A stretch of 62,995 bases of DNA from Phycisphaerales bacterium. GTDB taxonomy: Bacteria > Planctomycetota > Phycisphaerae > WQYP01. This document shows positions 30,251-39,024 of the stretch, one piece after another. The number at the start of each line of letters is the position of its first letter. Positions within the stretch are counted from its first letter, which is position 1. The notes below the pieces were generated by a model. The model made no database searches. It worked only from the letters and a program-made list of their open reading frames with translations, and had not been told where the DNA came from. The stretch spans positions 1-62,995 of the forward strand of contig DAIDJN010000030.1 of the NCBI GenBank assembly GCA_027451365.1. Reading direction: 5' to 3'. Both the position numbers and the translations under genes were made by a program.

Positions 30251-31048
30251 TTGGATACGGATCAGGAACTGGTGCGAAAAATAACGCAGGCTGTGCTGGA
30301 GGCCTTGGGGCATATTGCGCCGGCACCGGCGGCGGAGGTGAAGCCTCCGGTGGGCATTTGCACCGGTGATTATTCCAAATTTCCTGAACTGGCCGGAAAA
30401 ATCGGCACCCATCGTCCCGCCACCGATGGAGCGATTGAACCAGCGGCTGGTGTGGCGGAAATAAACGGACCGGTGCTGACGGGGGTGGTCACCGCGGGCC
30501 GGCTGGCCGGGGCGCAAGGCACCGTTTTTCTCAGCGACGGGGCACAACTTTCTCCGCTGGCGATGGATGTGGCGCGCGAACGCAACCTGACGATCCAGCG
30601 TGTCGGCACAGCCGAAATAAAGAAGCCCGTGGCCCGGTGGGTCTGGTGGATGCAGGGGTTCTGTCCTTCGGCGCAGCGCCTGGTGGATAGATTCGCCGCG
30701 CCGCCACCAGAGGGCGTGAATGGCACGTCGGCTGGCCAGTTGTCCGCCGCGATCGGCAAAATTAGCCAGGCGCTGACCGGCGGCAAAGCCAGCCATGGTG
30801 TGCTGTTTGTGCCGGACGGAACCGCGGCCCTTTGCCTGGCGAATAAAGTCCGTGCGTTGCGGGCGATTGCCGGTGCTTCGCCCAACGGTGTGACCCGTGG
30901 CATCAGCCAGACCGGCGCCAATGTGCTGGTACTGGAATATGCAAACCATGATTACCAGGCGATGAATGAAATGTTAACCCGCTTCCTGTCCAGCAGCCCG
31001 CGGATGCCCGCAGGTCTGGAGCGGCAACTTTGCGAAATTGGCGTGTAG
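30251..31048 (+). CDS. PVM conserved hypothetical protein with RpiB-like C-terminus
   Basis: TTG start after AGGAG; encapsulation-like N-terminal helix; ALCLANKVRALRA...GANVLVL. Confidence 0.8.
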   Translation: MDTDQELVRKITQAVLEALGHIAPAPAAEVKPPVGICTGDYSKFPELAGKIGTHRPATDGAIEPAAGVAEINGPVLTGVVTAGRLAGAQGTVFLSDGAQLSPLAMDVARERNLTIQRVGTAEIKKPVARWVWWMQGFCPSAQRLVDRFAAPPPEGVNGTSAGQLSAAIGKISQALTGGKASHGVLFVPDGTAALCLANKVRALRAIAGASPNGVTRGISQTGANVLVLEYANHDYQAMNEMLTRFLSSSPRMPAGLERQLCEIGV

Positions 31049-31094
31049 AACCCGCGGAAATGTGACAGCGAACATAAACGAAAGAGGTGTTGTG

Positions 31095-31952
31095 ATGCAG
31101 AATTTATTTCAGATCCGCAAGGAAATGTGCGATGTCGGGTATCGTATCTGGCATCGCGGGTATTGCGCAGGCAATGAAGGCAACCACAGCGTGCGCATTG
31201 CCGATGACCGGGTTTTGTGCACGCCGACGGGCGTATCCAAAGGGTTCCTGACGCCGGACCAGATTACCATTGTGGATATGGACGGCAAACAGATAGACAC
31301 GCAGAACAAAATGAAGCGCACCAGCGAAGTGCTGCTGCATCTGCAGATTTACAAGGCCCGCCCTGATGTCAAAGCGGTGGTGCATTCCCATCCACCGCAT
31401 GCGACTGCATTTGCCATGGCCAATATTCCAATTCCCGAAGGCATTCATCCGGAAGCGGAAGTATTTCTTGGGAAAGTTCCCATGGCCAAATACACCACGC
31501 CAAGTTACAAGGAACTCGGGGAATCGGTGGTGGCGCTGATCAAGCCGGACACCAACACCGTAATGATGGGCAACCATGGATCGGTCTGTTTTGATCCGAC
31601 TCTGATTGGTGCATATTACAAACTGGAAATTCTGGATGCATATTGCCGCATACTGCTGCTCACACGGCAGCTTGGGAAAATCAACACCCTGTCACAGCAG
31701 GAAATGATTGATCTGCTGAAGGTCAAGGAACGATTTGGAATGCCGGACCAGCGGCTGGCCTGCGCGCCGGGCGGCTGCATTGGGGCGGACAATCAGCCGT
31801 TCCTGGCCACGTTTGACACCAATCCGCAATCGGCCTGTGCCTGCCAGAGCGACGGTCATGTGGAGCCAGCGGCTGTGCCGGCCATGGGGGAGGATTCTTT
31901 TGAGGCCATGGTGCAGCAGATGACCGATCAGATTATGGCCGGATTGAAATAA
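31095..31952 (+). CDS. Class II aldolase (fuculose/rhamnulose-phosphate aldolase-like)
   Basis: GNEGNHS, TPTGVSKG, TSEVLLH, VHSHPPHAT, NHG; C-terminal encapsulation-like helix. Confidence 0.93.
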   Translation: MQNLFQIRKEMCDVGYRIWHRGYCAGNEGNHSVRIADDRVLCTPTGVSKGFLTPDQITIVDMDGKQIDTQNKMKRTSEVLLHLQIYKARPDVKAVVHSHPPHATAFAMANIPIPEGIHPEAEVFLGKVPMAKYTTPSYKELGESVVALIKPDTNTVMMGNHGSVCFDPTLIGAYYKLEILDAYCRILLLTRQLGKINTLSQQEMIDLLKVKERFGMPDQRLACAPGGCIGADNQPFLATFDTNPQSACACQSDGHVEPAAVPAMGEDSFEAMVQQMTDQIMAGLK

Positions 31953-31996
31953 ATATATAGCAACGCAACAACCAGAAACATAATAAGGAAAATAAG

Positions 31997-32914
31997 ATGA
32001 AAGTCAGCATTATTGGTGGCGGCGGGCGGGTAGGTTCCAATGCGGCATTTGCGCTGCAATGCGCCGGCATTGTGCGCGACATTGCCCTGGTGGATGCCAA
32101 CCACGACCTGGCCTCCGGTGAGGCGCTGGACCTGCTGCATGGCGCATCGCTGGCGGCAGACCAGCGCATTTACGCGACCGACATGAAGGGCACTGCGGAT
32201 TCCGATGTCATCTGCATCACCGCGGGCCTGCGACGCAAGCCGGATGAGTCCCGTCTGGACCTGATCAACCGGAATGTGTCTTTATATAAGGGAATTCTGG
32301 ATCAGCTTAAAACCGCTGGTGTAAATAAAGGCTGCGTGTTTCTGGTGGTTTCCAATCCGGTGGATGTGCTGACGCGGCTGAATATTGAATATCTGGGCTG
32401 GCCGGCCAGGCAGGTGGTGGGCCTGGGCACGGTGCTGGATACGACCCGTTTTCGATCCCTGATTGCGCGGGAAAAGAATCTTCCCCCTACGCAGGTGGAT
32501 GCCGTCATATTAGGCGAACATGGCGATACGATGACCCCTGTCTGGAGTTCGGCGACTGTTACGGGCATGGCCCTGGCCAAACTTCTGACACCCGCTCAGC
32601 AGGCGGACGTATTCAAGAAAACGCAAACCTCCGGTGCGGAAGTCATCAAGTTAAAAGGTGGCGCGGGTTACGCCGTGGGCTTGAGCATCGCGGAGGTCAT
32701 TCATGCCATTGCCCTGGATCACAAGCGCGTTCTGCCGGTAAGCAGCCAGATGACGGGTCAATTCGGCATGAAAAAAGTCTGCCTGAGTCTGCCGACGGTG
32801 GTGGGCCGCGGCGGCGTGGAGGCGGTCATGGAGCCGGAGCTTTGGCCCAAGGAAATTTCAGGCATTCAGGCCAGCGCGCGGGCGCTGGAAGAAACCTGGA
32901 GCAAAATCAAATGA
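31997..32914 (+). CDS. Lactate/malate dehydrogenase-family protein
   Basis: GGGGRVG, TAGLRRKPDESRLDL, VSNPVD, LDTTRF, GEHGD. Confidence 0.93.
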   Translation: MKVSIIGGGGRVGSNAAFALQCAGIVRDIALVDANHDLASGEALDLLHGASLAADQRIYATDMKGTADSDVICITAGLRRKPDESRLDLINRNVSLYKGILDQLKTAGVNKGCVFLVVSNPVDVLTRLNIEYLGWPARQVVGLGTVLDTTRFRSLIAREKNLPPTQVDAVILGEHGDTMTPVWSSATVTGMALAKLLTPAQQADVFKKTQTSGAEVIKLKGGAGYAVGLSIAEVIHAIALDHKRVLPVSSQMTGQFGMKKVCLSLPTVVGRGGVEAVMEPELWPKEISGIQASARALEETWSKIK

Positions 32915-32987
32915 ACAACGAGCGCAAGGCAATGAACAAAAAAGGCCGGACGGACCGACTGTTTGTTCCATTATTCACTGGATCAAC

Positions 32988-33746
32988 ATGCTGATCGTAG
33001 ACCGCCAGAAAAAACTGCTCGATATTATCAAGCTAAAGCAAAGTGCCTCGCTTGATGCGCTGGCCGAGGAACTTGCGGTTTCCAGTTCCACCGTTCGTCG
33101 CGACATTGACGCGTTGCAAGGCCAGGGACTGGTGGAAACCACACGCGGAGGCGTGATTTATCGCGGTCGCGGCACCAGTTCGCTGGCGCTGGACCAGCGC
33201 ATGGCGGAACAGGTACAGGCAAAAACCGCGATTGGCCGTGCCGCCGCGGCCATGATAGAGCCGGGCATGACGGTCCTGTTTGATGGCGGATCGACCATCC
33301 GTTACACCCTTGAACAGGTGCTGGTGCGTCCGCTGCAGGTGGTCACCAATTCGCTGACCGTGGCGGCGCATTTTGCCAACGATGAGCAAGTGGAACTGCT
33401 GTTGCTGGGCGGGGCGCTTTACCCGCGATCAGGCGTGCTGGTGGGTCCAATTACCACGCAGGCGCTGTCTGATATTCACGCCGATCTGCTTCTCTTTTCG
33501 GTGGCCGGCATTTTTGAGACCGAAGTTTTTAATTCCAATCTGGCAATGGCTGAAATTGAAAAACTGGCCATCAAACAGGCGGCCCGCCGCGTGCTGCTCG
33601 CGGACTCCACCAAATTCGGCCGCAAAAGTCTCGCCCGCGTGTGCGACGTGGAAGACCTGGACCTTATAATCAGCGATGACAACCTGGGGCCGGCCTGGCA
33701 GTTGATGCTGGCCGACCGCCTGAAAATGGCCCCGCATGCGCCATAA
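32988..33746 (+). CDS. DeoR/GlpR-family regulator
   Basis: VSSSTVRRDI, TRGG, AKTAIG, DGGST, VVTNS, LADSTKFG. Confidence 0.94.
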   Translation: MLIVDRQKKLLDIIKLKQSASLDALAEELAVSSSTVRRDIDALQGQGLVETTRGGVIYRGRGTSSLALDQRMAEQVQAKTAIGRAAAAMIEPGMTVLFDGGSTIRYTLEQVLVRPLQVVTNSLTVAAHFANDEQVELLLLGGALYPRSGVLVGPITTQALSDIHADLLLFSVAGIFETEVFNSNLAMAEIEKLAIKQAARRVLLADSTKFGRKSLARVCDVEDLDLIISDDNLGPAWQLMLADRLKMAPHAP

Positions 33747-33890
33747 CGCGAATATCTGACACCGCCGCATCTGTCCAGCGGCCGAAATCGGCCTGACGGG
33801 AACTCTACAACGGGCGCGGAGTCGGCTACAATGACCGTTTTCGGACGCGTCGGTCGCGGACGAAGATTCGTTGGCAAAGGTTGCTTTCGC

Positions 33891-34490
33891 ATGGTCAGAC
33901 GTCCCCCGGAATCACGCCGGAAAAAGAAATCGGCCGCCGCAGTGCCGCAGCAGGCAGCGCGCCCGGCCCCAGACACTCTGCAGGTGCTTCACTGGCCGGC
34001 ACCCGTGCTTAAACAGGTTGCCCGGCCAGTAAAAGAAATTGATCCCTGGGTTCAGCAGGTCATAGATCGCATGATCGCACTGATGACCGAACATGAGGGT
34101 GTGGGCCTTGCGGCACCGCAGGTGGGTTTGCCGCTTCGTCTGTTTATCATGTCCCCCACGGGCAAGCCGGAAGATGCGCGCGTCATCATCAATCCCGTGA
34201 TTACCGAGCAGCGGGGTGAAGAGGAAAAAGAGGAAGGATGTTTATCGCTGCCGGAAATTCGCGCGCAAATAACGCGTGCCGTGCAATTGAAACTGACCGG
34301 CCTGGATCAACATGGCAGACCCATCGCCGAGACACTCGAAGGTTTTCCGGCCCGCATCGTGCAGCACGAAAATGACCATCTGGACGGCATTTTAATTCTG
34401 GACCGCATGTCCACGCTGGCGCGAATGGGCCTGCGCCGCAAAATCAAGGCTCTTGAACAGGCGGCCAAAGATGCGGAGGGCACCGCCTGA
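33891..34490 (+). CDS. def: Peptide deformylase
   Basis: GVGLAAPQVG, EGCLS, QHENDHLDG. Confidence 0.96.
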   Translation: MVRRPPESRRKKKSAAAVPQQAARPAPDTLQVLHWPAPVLKQVARPVKEIDPWVQQVIDRMIALMTEHEGVGLAAPQVGLPLRLFIMSPTGKPEDARVIINPVITEQRGEEEKEEGCLSLPEIRAQITRAVQLKLTGLDQHGRPIAETLEGFPARIVQHENDHLDGILILDRMSTLARMGLRRKIKALEQAAKDAEGTA

Positions 34491-34661
34491 TGCCTGCGTT
34501 TCTTCACTTCATATCCCCTTCCCCAAAAATGTATCCGCTTGTTTGCGCCGCCGACCAGCCCGTACCGGTGAATCCACTGTCCGGATCCATCGGGTTTCCA
34601 CCCTGAATGGGCAAAACCCTTCCGTATTTAACTCCCGATTTTACTTGTTGGAATCCGCCTT

Positions 34662-36260
34662 ATGAGCCTTGATCAAATAAACCGTCGCCGCACGTTCGCC
34701 ATTATTTCCCACCCGGACGCGGGCAAAACCACGCTGACCGAAAAATTTCTGCTGTATGGCGGGGCTTTGCATCTGGCAGGCTCGGTGACAGCGCGAAAAA
34801 ATCAGCGGGCCTCGGCTTCAGACTGGATGGAACTTGAACGTCAGCGTGGTATTTCCGTCAGTTCCACGGTGCTGCAATTTGAATACAACGGCTACCAGGT
34901 GAATCTGCTGGATACGCCGGGGCATAAAGACTTTTCCGAAGACACCTACCGCGTGTTGACCGCGGTGGATGCGGTGGTCATGGTCATTGACGCGGGCAAG
35001 GGTATTGAATCGCAAACACAAAAGTTGTTTGAAATATGTCGGCGACGACATATCCCCATCTTTACGTTCATGAACAAGCTGGATCGGCCCGCCCTTGAAC
35101 CGCTGGCGCTGCTGGACGAACTGGAGCGCGTGCTGGGACTTCCAGCCACGGCCATCAACTGGCCGTTGGGCAACGGACGCGATTTTCGCGGCGTGTTTGA
35201 CCGCCAGACTCGGCAGGTGCATCTGTTTGAACGCACGCCGGGTGGGGCATATCGGGCACCGGTGGCGGTGGCCACACTGTCCGATGCCGCCGTCGCCGAA
35301 AGCTTGCCGCCAAACGTCCATCAGCGGGTGACCGAAGAACTGGACATGCTGGATGGCGCGGGACATACATTTAATCTGGAACAGGTTCGTCGCGGTGAGC
35401 TTATACCGGTGTTTTTCGGCAGCGCCATGAATAATTTTGGCGTTCAATTGCTGCTGGATACATTTTTGCAGCAGGCCAATCCACCGCAGCCTCGCCATTC
35501 CGGCGGAGATATTGTGCCATTGGACAGCCAGTCATTCTCCGGCTTTATTTTTAAAATTCAGGCCAACATGGATCCCCGGCATCGCGACCGCATCGCTTTT
35601 TTGAGAGTATGTGCGGGCAAATTTTCACGCGATATGGTGGTCACACATGTGCAATCCGGAAAAAAGGTGCGGCTGGCCAGTTCCCATAAACTTTTCGGCC
35701 GTGACCGAGAAACGGTGGATGAAGCCTGGCCGGGCGATGTCATCGGGCTGGTGGGGCATGATGAATTTGGTATTGGCGACACGCTGACCCAGGACCCGGC
35801 CATTCATTACAAGGAAGTGCCGCGGTTTACACCGGAATGCTTCGGCTTTCTGCATTCGCAAAGTTCCAGCCAGTTCAAACGATTTCGCGAGGGTCTGTCT
35901 CAACTGTTGCAGGAAGGCGTCATGGGTACGCTTACCGTGCCCGACGCTCCTACCAGCACGCCGCTGCTTTCGGCCGTCGGGCCGCTGCAATTTGAAGTGG
36001 CGCAATACCGGCTTAAAAGTGAATATGGTGCCGAAAGCCGCTTCGAGCGAGCCCGCTGGCAGATCCTCCGTTGGATCTCGCCCGAGGTGCCCACTGAAGT
36101 GGTGCAGAGCGCGATCGCGAATTCACAAACCTTTATGGCATTGAATGACCGCGGGCATCGGGCTCTTCTGTTTGCCGATTCTTTTGCCCCTCGCTATTTT
36201 TCACGGGAACATCCCAAAGTGGTGCTGTCGGATACGCCGTACGACCTTACCGCCACCTGA
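34662..36260 (+). CDS. prfC: Peptide chain release factor 3
   Basis: RRTFAIISHPDAGKTTLTEK, DTPGHKDFSEDT, FKIQANMDPRHRDR, VGPLQFEV. Confidence 0.97.
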   Translation: MSLDQINRRRTFAIISHPDAGKTTLTEKFLLYGGALHLAGSVTARKNQRASASDWMELERQRGISVSSTVLQFEYNGYQVNLLDTPGHKDFSEDTYRVLTAVDAVVMVIDAGKGIESQTQKLFEICRRRHIPIFTFMNKLDRPALEPLALLDELERVLGLPATAINWPLGNGRDFRGVFDRQTRQVHLFERTPGGAYRAPVAVATLSDAAVAESLPPNVHQRVTEELDMLDGAGHTFNLEQVRRGELIPVFFGSAMNNFGVQLLLDTFLQQANPPQPRHSGGDIVPLDSQSFSGFIFKIQANMDPRHRDRIAFLRVCAGKFSRDMVVTHVQSGKKVRLASSHKLFGRDRETVDEAWPGDVIGLVGHDEFGIGDTLTQDPAIHYKEVPRFTPECFGFLHSQSSSQFKRFREGLSQLLQEGVMGTLTVPDAPTSTPLLSAVGPLQFEVAQYRLKSEYGAESRFERARWQILRWISPEVPTEVVQSAIANSQTFMALNDRGHRALLFADSFAPRYFSREHPKVVLSDTPYDLTAT

Positions 36261-36439
36261 TGGTGGCGTCGTGCGGGCGGCGACTGTCGCGGACGGTACC
36301 GCGGAGGATAGGTCCATTGATGGCGTCCATTCCTCTTCGCTGAACGTCACGGGTGGTCAGCATGGCGCAGCGTCAGGGATGCGTACAACCATGACGGCGG
36401 ACGCCGATTGAATCCGGGGCGCGCATTGCGGAATAACGG

Positions 36440-37087
36440 TTAGACGGGCCTGCGGGCAAGAGCGATCATGGATTTGGCCAGAGGACGGATGCGTCCGACA
36501 AATTCAAAATCAATCGGTCCAAAGCCGGCCTCGGTCAGCAGCCGGGAAAGCGTGTGAACAGACCAGAATTTTATATGTCCATGGTCCCAGAGCGCGGTCG
36601 CGTGGCGGTCAAAGCCGCCGAGAACCGCAATCACCAGGTTTTTTAGGTAACCGTTGTAGGGTGTGGATATAATCGCCAGGCCACCCGGCTTCAAAAGGTT
36701 AAAAGCGCTGCGGGCGTAGTCTCTTGGCGCGTAGACATGTTCCACTACTTCTAAACTTGTAACAATATCAAATTGTCCATATATTCCCGCAAGGTCATCG
36801 TACGCAGATCCGACTTTCAAATTGATCTTCGGAAAATCACGATTGGCGCAAAGAATGCCCTGTTCCGAAGGATCCACACCGGTTACTTGGAAACCTTCAT
36901 CCGTCAGGCGGGCCGCAACCGAACCATTGCCGCAACCAAGATCGAAAACCTGCTTGTGTCCTCCATTGTGTTGGGCTTCAATATTCAAAAGTTGAAGCAG
37001 TTTTGGCATAATATAGCTGTGCGCGCAGGTACAGTTTGTGTCGGAATATCTGTATCCACTGATTTGTGCAGTCGACTCGGATGGCAT
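36440..37087 (-). CDS. Class I SAM-dependent methyltransferase
   Basis: FDLGCGNG, FDIVTSLEVVEH, LKPGG, STPY. Confidence 0.9.
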   Translation of the reverse strand: MPSESTAQISGYRYSDTNCTCAHSYIMPKLLQLLNIEAQHNGGHKQVFDLGCGNGSVAARLTDEGFQVTGVDPSEQGILCANRDFPKINLKVGSAYDDLAGIYGQFDIVTSLEVVEHVYAPRDYARSAFNLLKPGGLAIISTPYNGYLKNLVIAVLGGFDRHATALWDHGHIKFWSVHTLSRLLTEAGFGPIDFEFVGRIRPLAKSMIALARRPV

Positions 37088-37394
37088 GGAATGACCTCAC
37101 ACGTCTGATTCGTCCAATACGGGCTGGTGGCACGCCGAGTGCGACCGCAATTTAGCCGTTGGCATCTGATATTGCAATACTGGAAGGGCGGTCAACGCGC
37201 GGTCGGGCCGCATTGCCAGGTCAATGTCCGCTGCGCGATTGAATTTCCGTGCCTTTGGCGGCTGTGAACGTCGCGCGTTTTTGCGCGGGTTGGATGGACG
37301 TAACTCCGACCGGCAAGTAATCTTAAGTCAACAATGGCGCGGCTCGATATGCGACGCCTGGCCGCGGCTTTCAAATTGAAACTGGAAGGTTGAC

Positions 37395-38894
37395 TTGCCC
37401 GCTGAAAAGCCAAACGAAAATTCTTCGACATCGCTGACGGAACGGGCGTCAAGCGGCTTTCTTTGGCTGTTTATTCCAAATCTGGTGGCCAAAGCCTCCG
37501 GATTTATCGGCCAATTGATTTTGGCCCGCCTGCTGGCGCCCCGCGATTTCGGTCTGGTGGCGCTGGCTTATTCCATTGCCGCGCTGCCCAAATTGCTGCG
37601 CGATAATGGCTTGCTGCAGGTGTTAATCGGCAAACAGGAAAAAATTGACCGCTGGGTTTCGGCGGTTTTCTGGTTCGACCTTACCGCCGGTATTCTGGCC
37701 ACTGTGGCACTGGCGGTTGCCGCGCCATTCTGCGCGATATATTTCCATCAGCCGCAGTTAACAGGACTGATCTGGCTGGTCGCATCCGGCATTCTGATCA
37801 ATGCGCTTACATCGGTTCCAATGGCGCGGCTGTATTATCAATTGGATTTCCGGAAAATTGCCCTCGCCGGGTTGCAATATAATCTGGGGGTTCTGGTCAC
37901 CACGGTCGCCTTGGCCTTTCTTGGGTTTGGCGCATACAGTCTGCTTATACCGCTTCCGCTGCTAAGCGCCATCCGGCTGATTCAGTACTGGCGATGGGCA
38001 CCTTCCCATATCCGGTGGCGGCTGGGGTTGATGCGCTGGGGCGCTATCGCCAAGGACGCTTTTCCGCTGGCCGCGGGTGTGTTCATTTTTTCCCTGATTG
38101 CCGCTCTTCCGAGCATCGCGCTGGGGCGGATCCGAACAGTGGCCGCCGCGGGCATATTTTATTTTGGCTGGAATTTATCCACGCAGACCCTGCAGCTTTT
38201 AAGTTTCAACCTGATGCAGGTCCTGTTGCCTGTGCTGACCGGGCTTAAGGATGACCTGCCCCGGCAGGCGGCCGCCTTTTTGCGCGTGTTGCGCCTGGTG
38301 GTCTTTTTCACGACGCCGGCTTGCGCGGTGGTGGCGGTTCTGGCCAAGCCCGCGGTGGTCATGATATTCGGTCCCAAATGGGCGGTATCCGCACAGGTGC
38401 TGGCAATACTTTCGGTAGGCACCCCGTTCGCATTGATTGGCAATCCGCTGGTGAGTTATCTTCAGGCACGGCACCGTTATTCGTTTGCACTGTATATGGC
38501 TCTGGGAATGCTGGCGATGGCGATTCCGCTTACGATTGCCGGCGCGTGGCTGCAAGGCGTCATTCTGGTGGCTGTGGGAGTTGTCCTTCAATCCGTGATC
38601 GGCATTCCGATTGTGCTTTATCTTTCCATCCGTGACAGTGCGGCGGGCTGGCGGGAAGTTGTATCGGTATTCGTTCCCGCGTTGCCATTGGGCGCATTGG
38701 CTGTGCTGCCGATTTATGCACTTGACTCCCTATGCCCCGAATTGGCCAAACACAATGCAGCCAACGTTCTGGCGGGCTGTGCGGTGGCCGCAATTATTTA
38801 TTTCGGCTTGGCCCCCTTGGTTTGTCCGGCTGAATCCGGCGAGTTATGGCGCCGTGCCGCCGACCTGGCGGGTCGCATTTTCAAACGGCGCTGA
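37395..38894 (+). CDS. Wzx-type polysaccharide flippase
   Basis: ILARLLAPRDFGL, many TM helices, FGPKW. Confidence 0.88.
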   Translation: MPAEKPNENSSTSLTERASSGFLWLFIPNLVAKASGFIGQLILARLLAPRDFGLVALAYSIAALPKLLRDNGLLQVLIGKQEKIDRWVSAVFWFDLTAGILATVALAVAAPFCAIYFHQPQLTGLIWLVASGILINALTSVPMARLYYQLDFRKIALAGLQYNLGVLVTTVALAFLGFGAYSLLIPLPLLSAIRLIQYWRWAPSHIRWRLGLMRWGAIAKDAFPLAAGVFIFSLIAALPSIALGRIRTVAAAGIFYFGWNLSTQTLQLLSFNLMQVLLPVLTGLKDDLPRQAAAFLRVLRLVVFFTTPACAVVAVLAKPAVVMIFGPKWAVSAQVLAILSVGTPFALIGNPLVSYLQARHRYSFALYMALGMLAMAIPLTIAGAWLQGVILVAVGVVLQSVIGIPIVLYLSIRDSAAGWREVVSVFVPALPLGALAVLPIYALDSLCPELAKHNAANVLAGCAVAAIIYFGLAPLVCPAESGELWRRAADLAGRIFKRR

Positions 38895-39024
38895 ATGCCA
38901 ATTGAAAGGCAGGTGCCAAACAGACACCTTTAAGGCAATAGTCCACATCCCCCTCCAGAGATGCAATTTTCAAGGATTTTCCTTAGGATGCAACCTGTGG
39001 AAACGGCTAGGTAAGGCGGTAGCT

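Noticed and set aside
29582..30949. 455-aa minus-strand ORF and similar long antisense ORFs (e.g. 44874-46223)
   Set aside because: Shadow frames of GC-rich genes confidently identified on the other strand.
39015..39022. ops-like GGCGGTAG
   Set aside because: 8-bp match only, lying after the flippase rather than before a polysaccharide operon, and overlapping the ClC RBS region.
38611..39024. Long N-terminal extension of ClC
   Set aside because: Overlaps the flippase and has non-protein-like composition.
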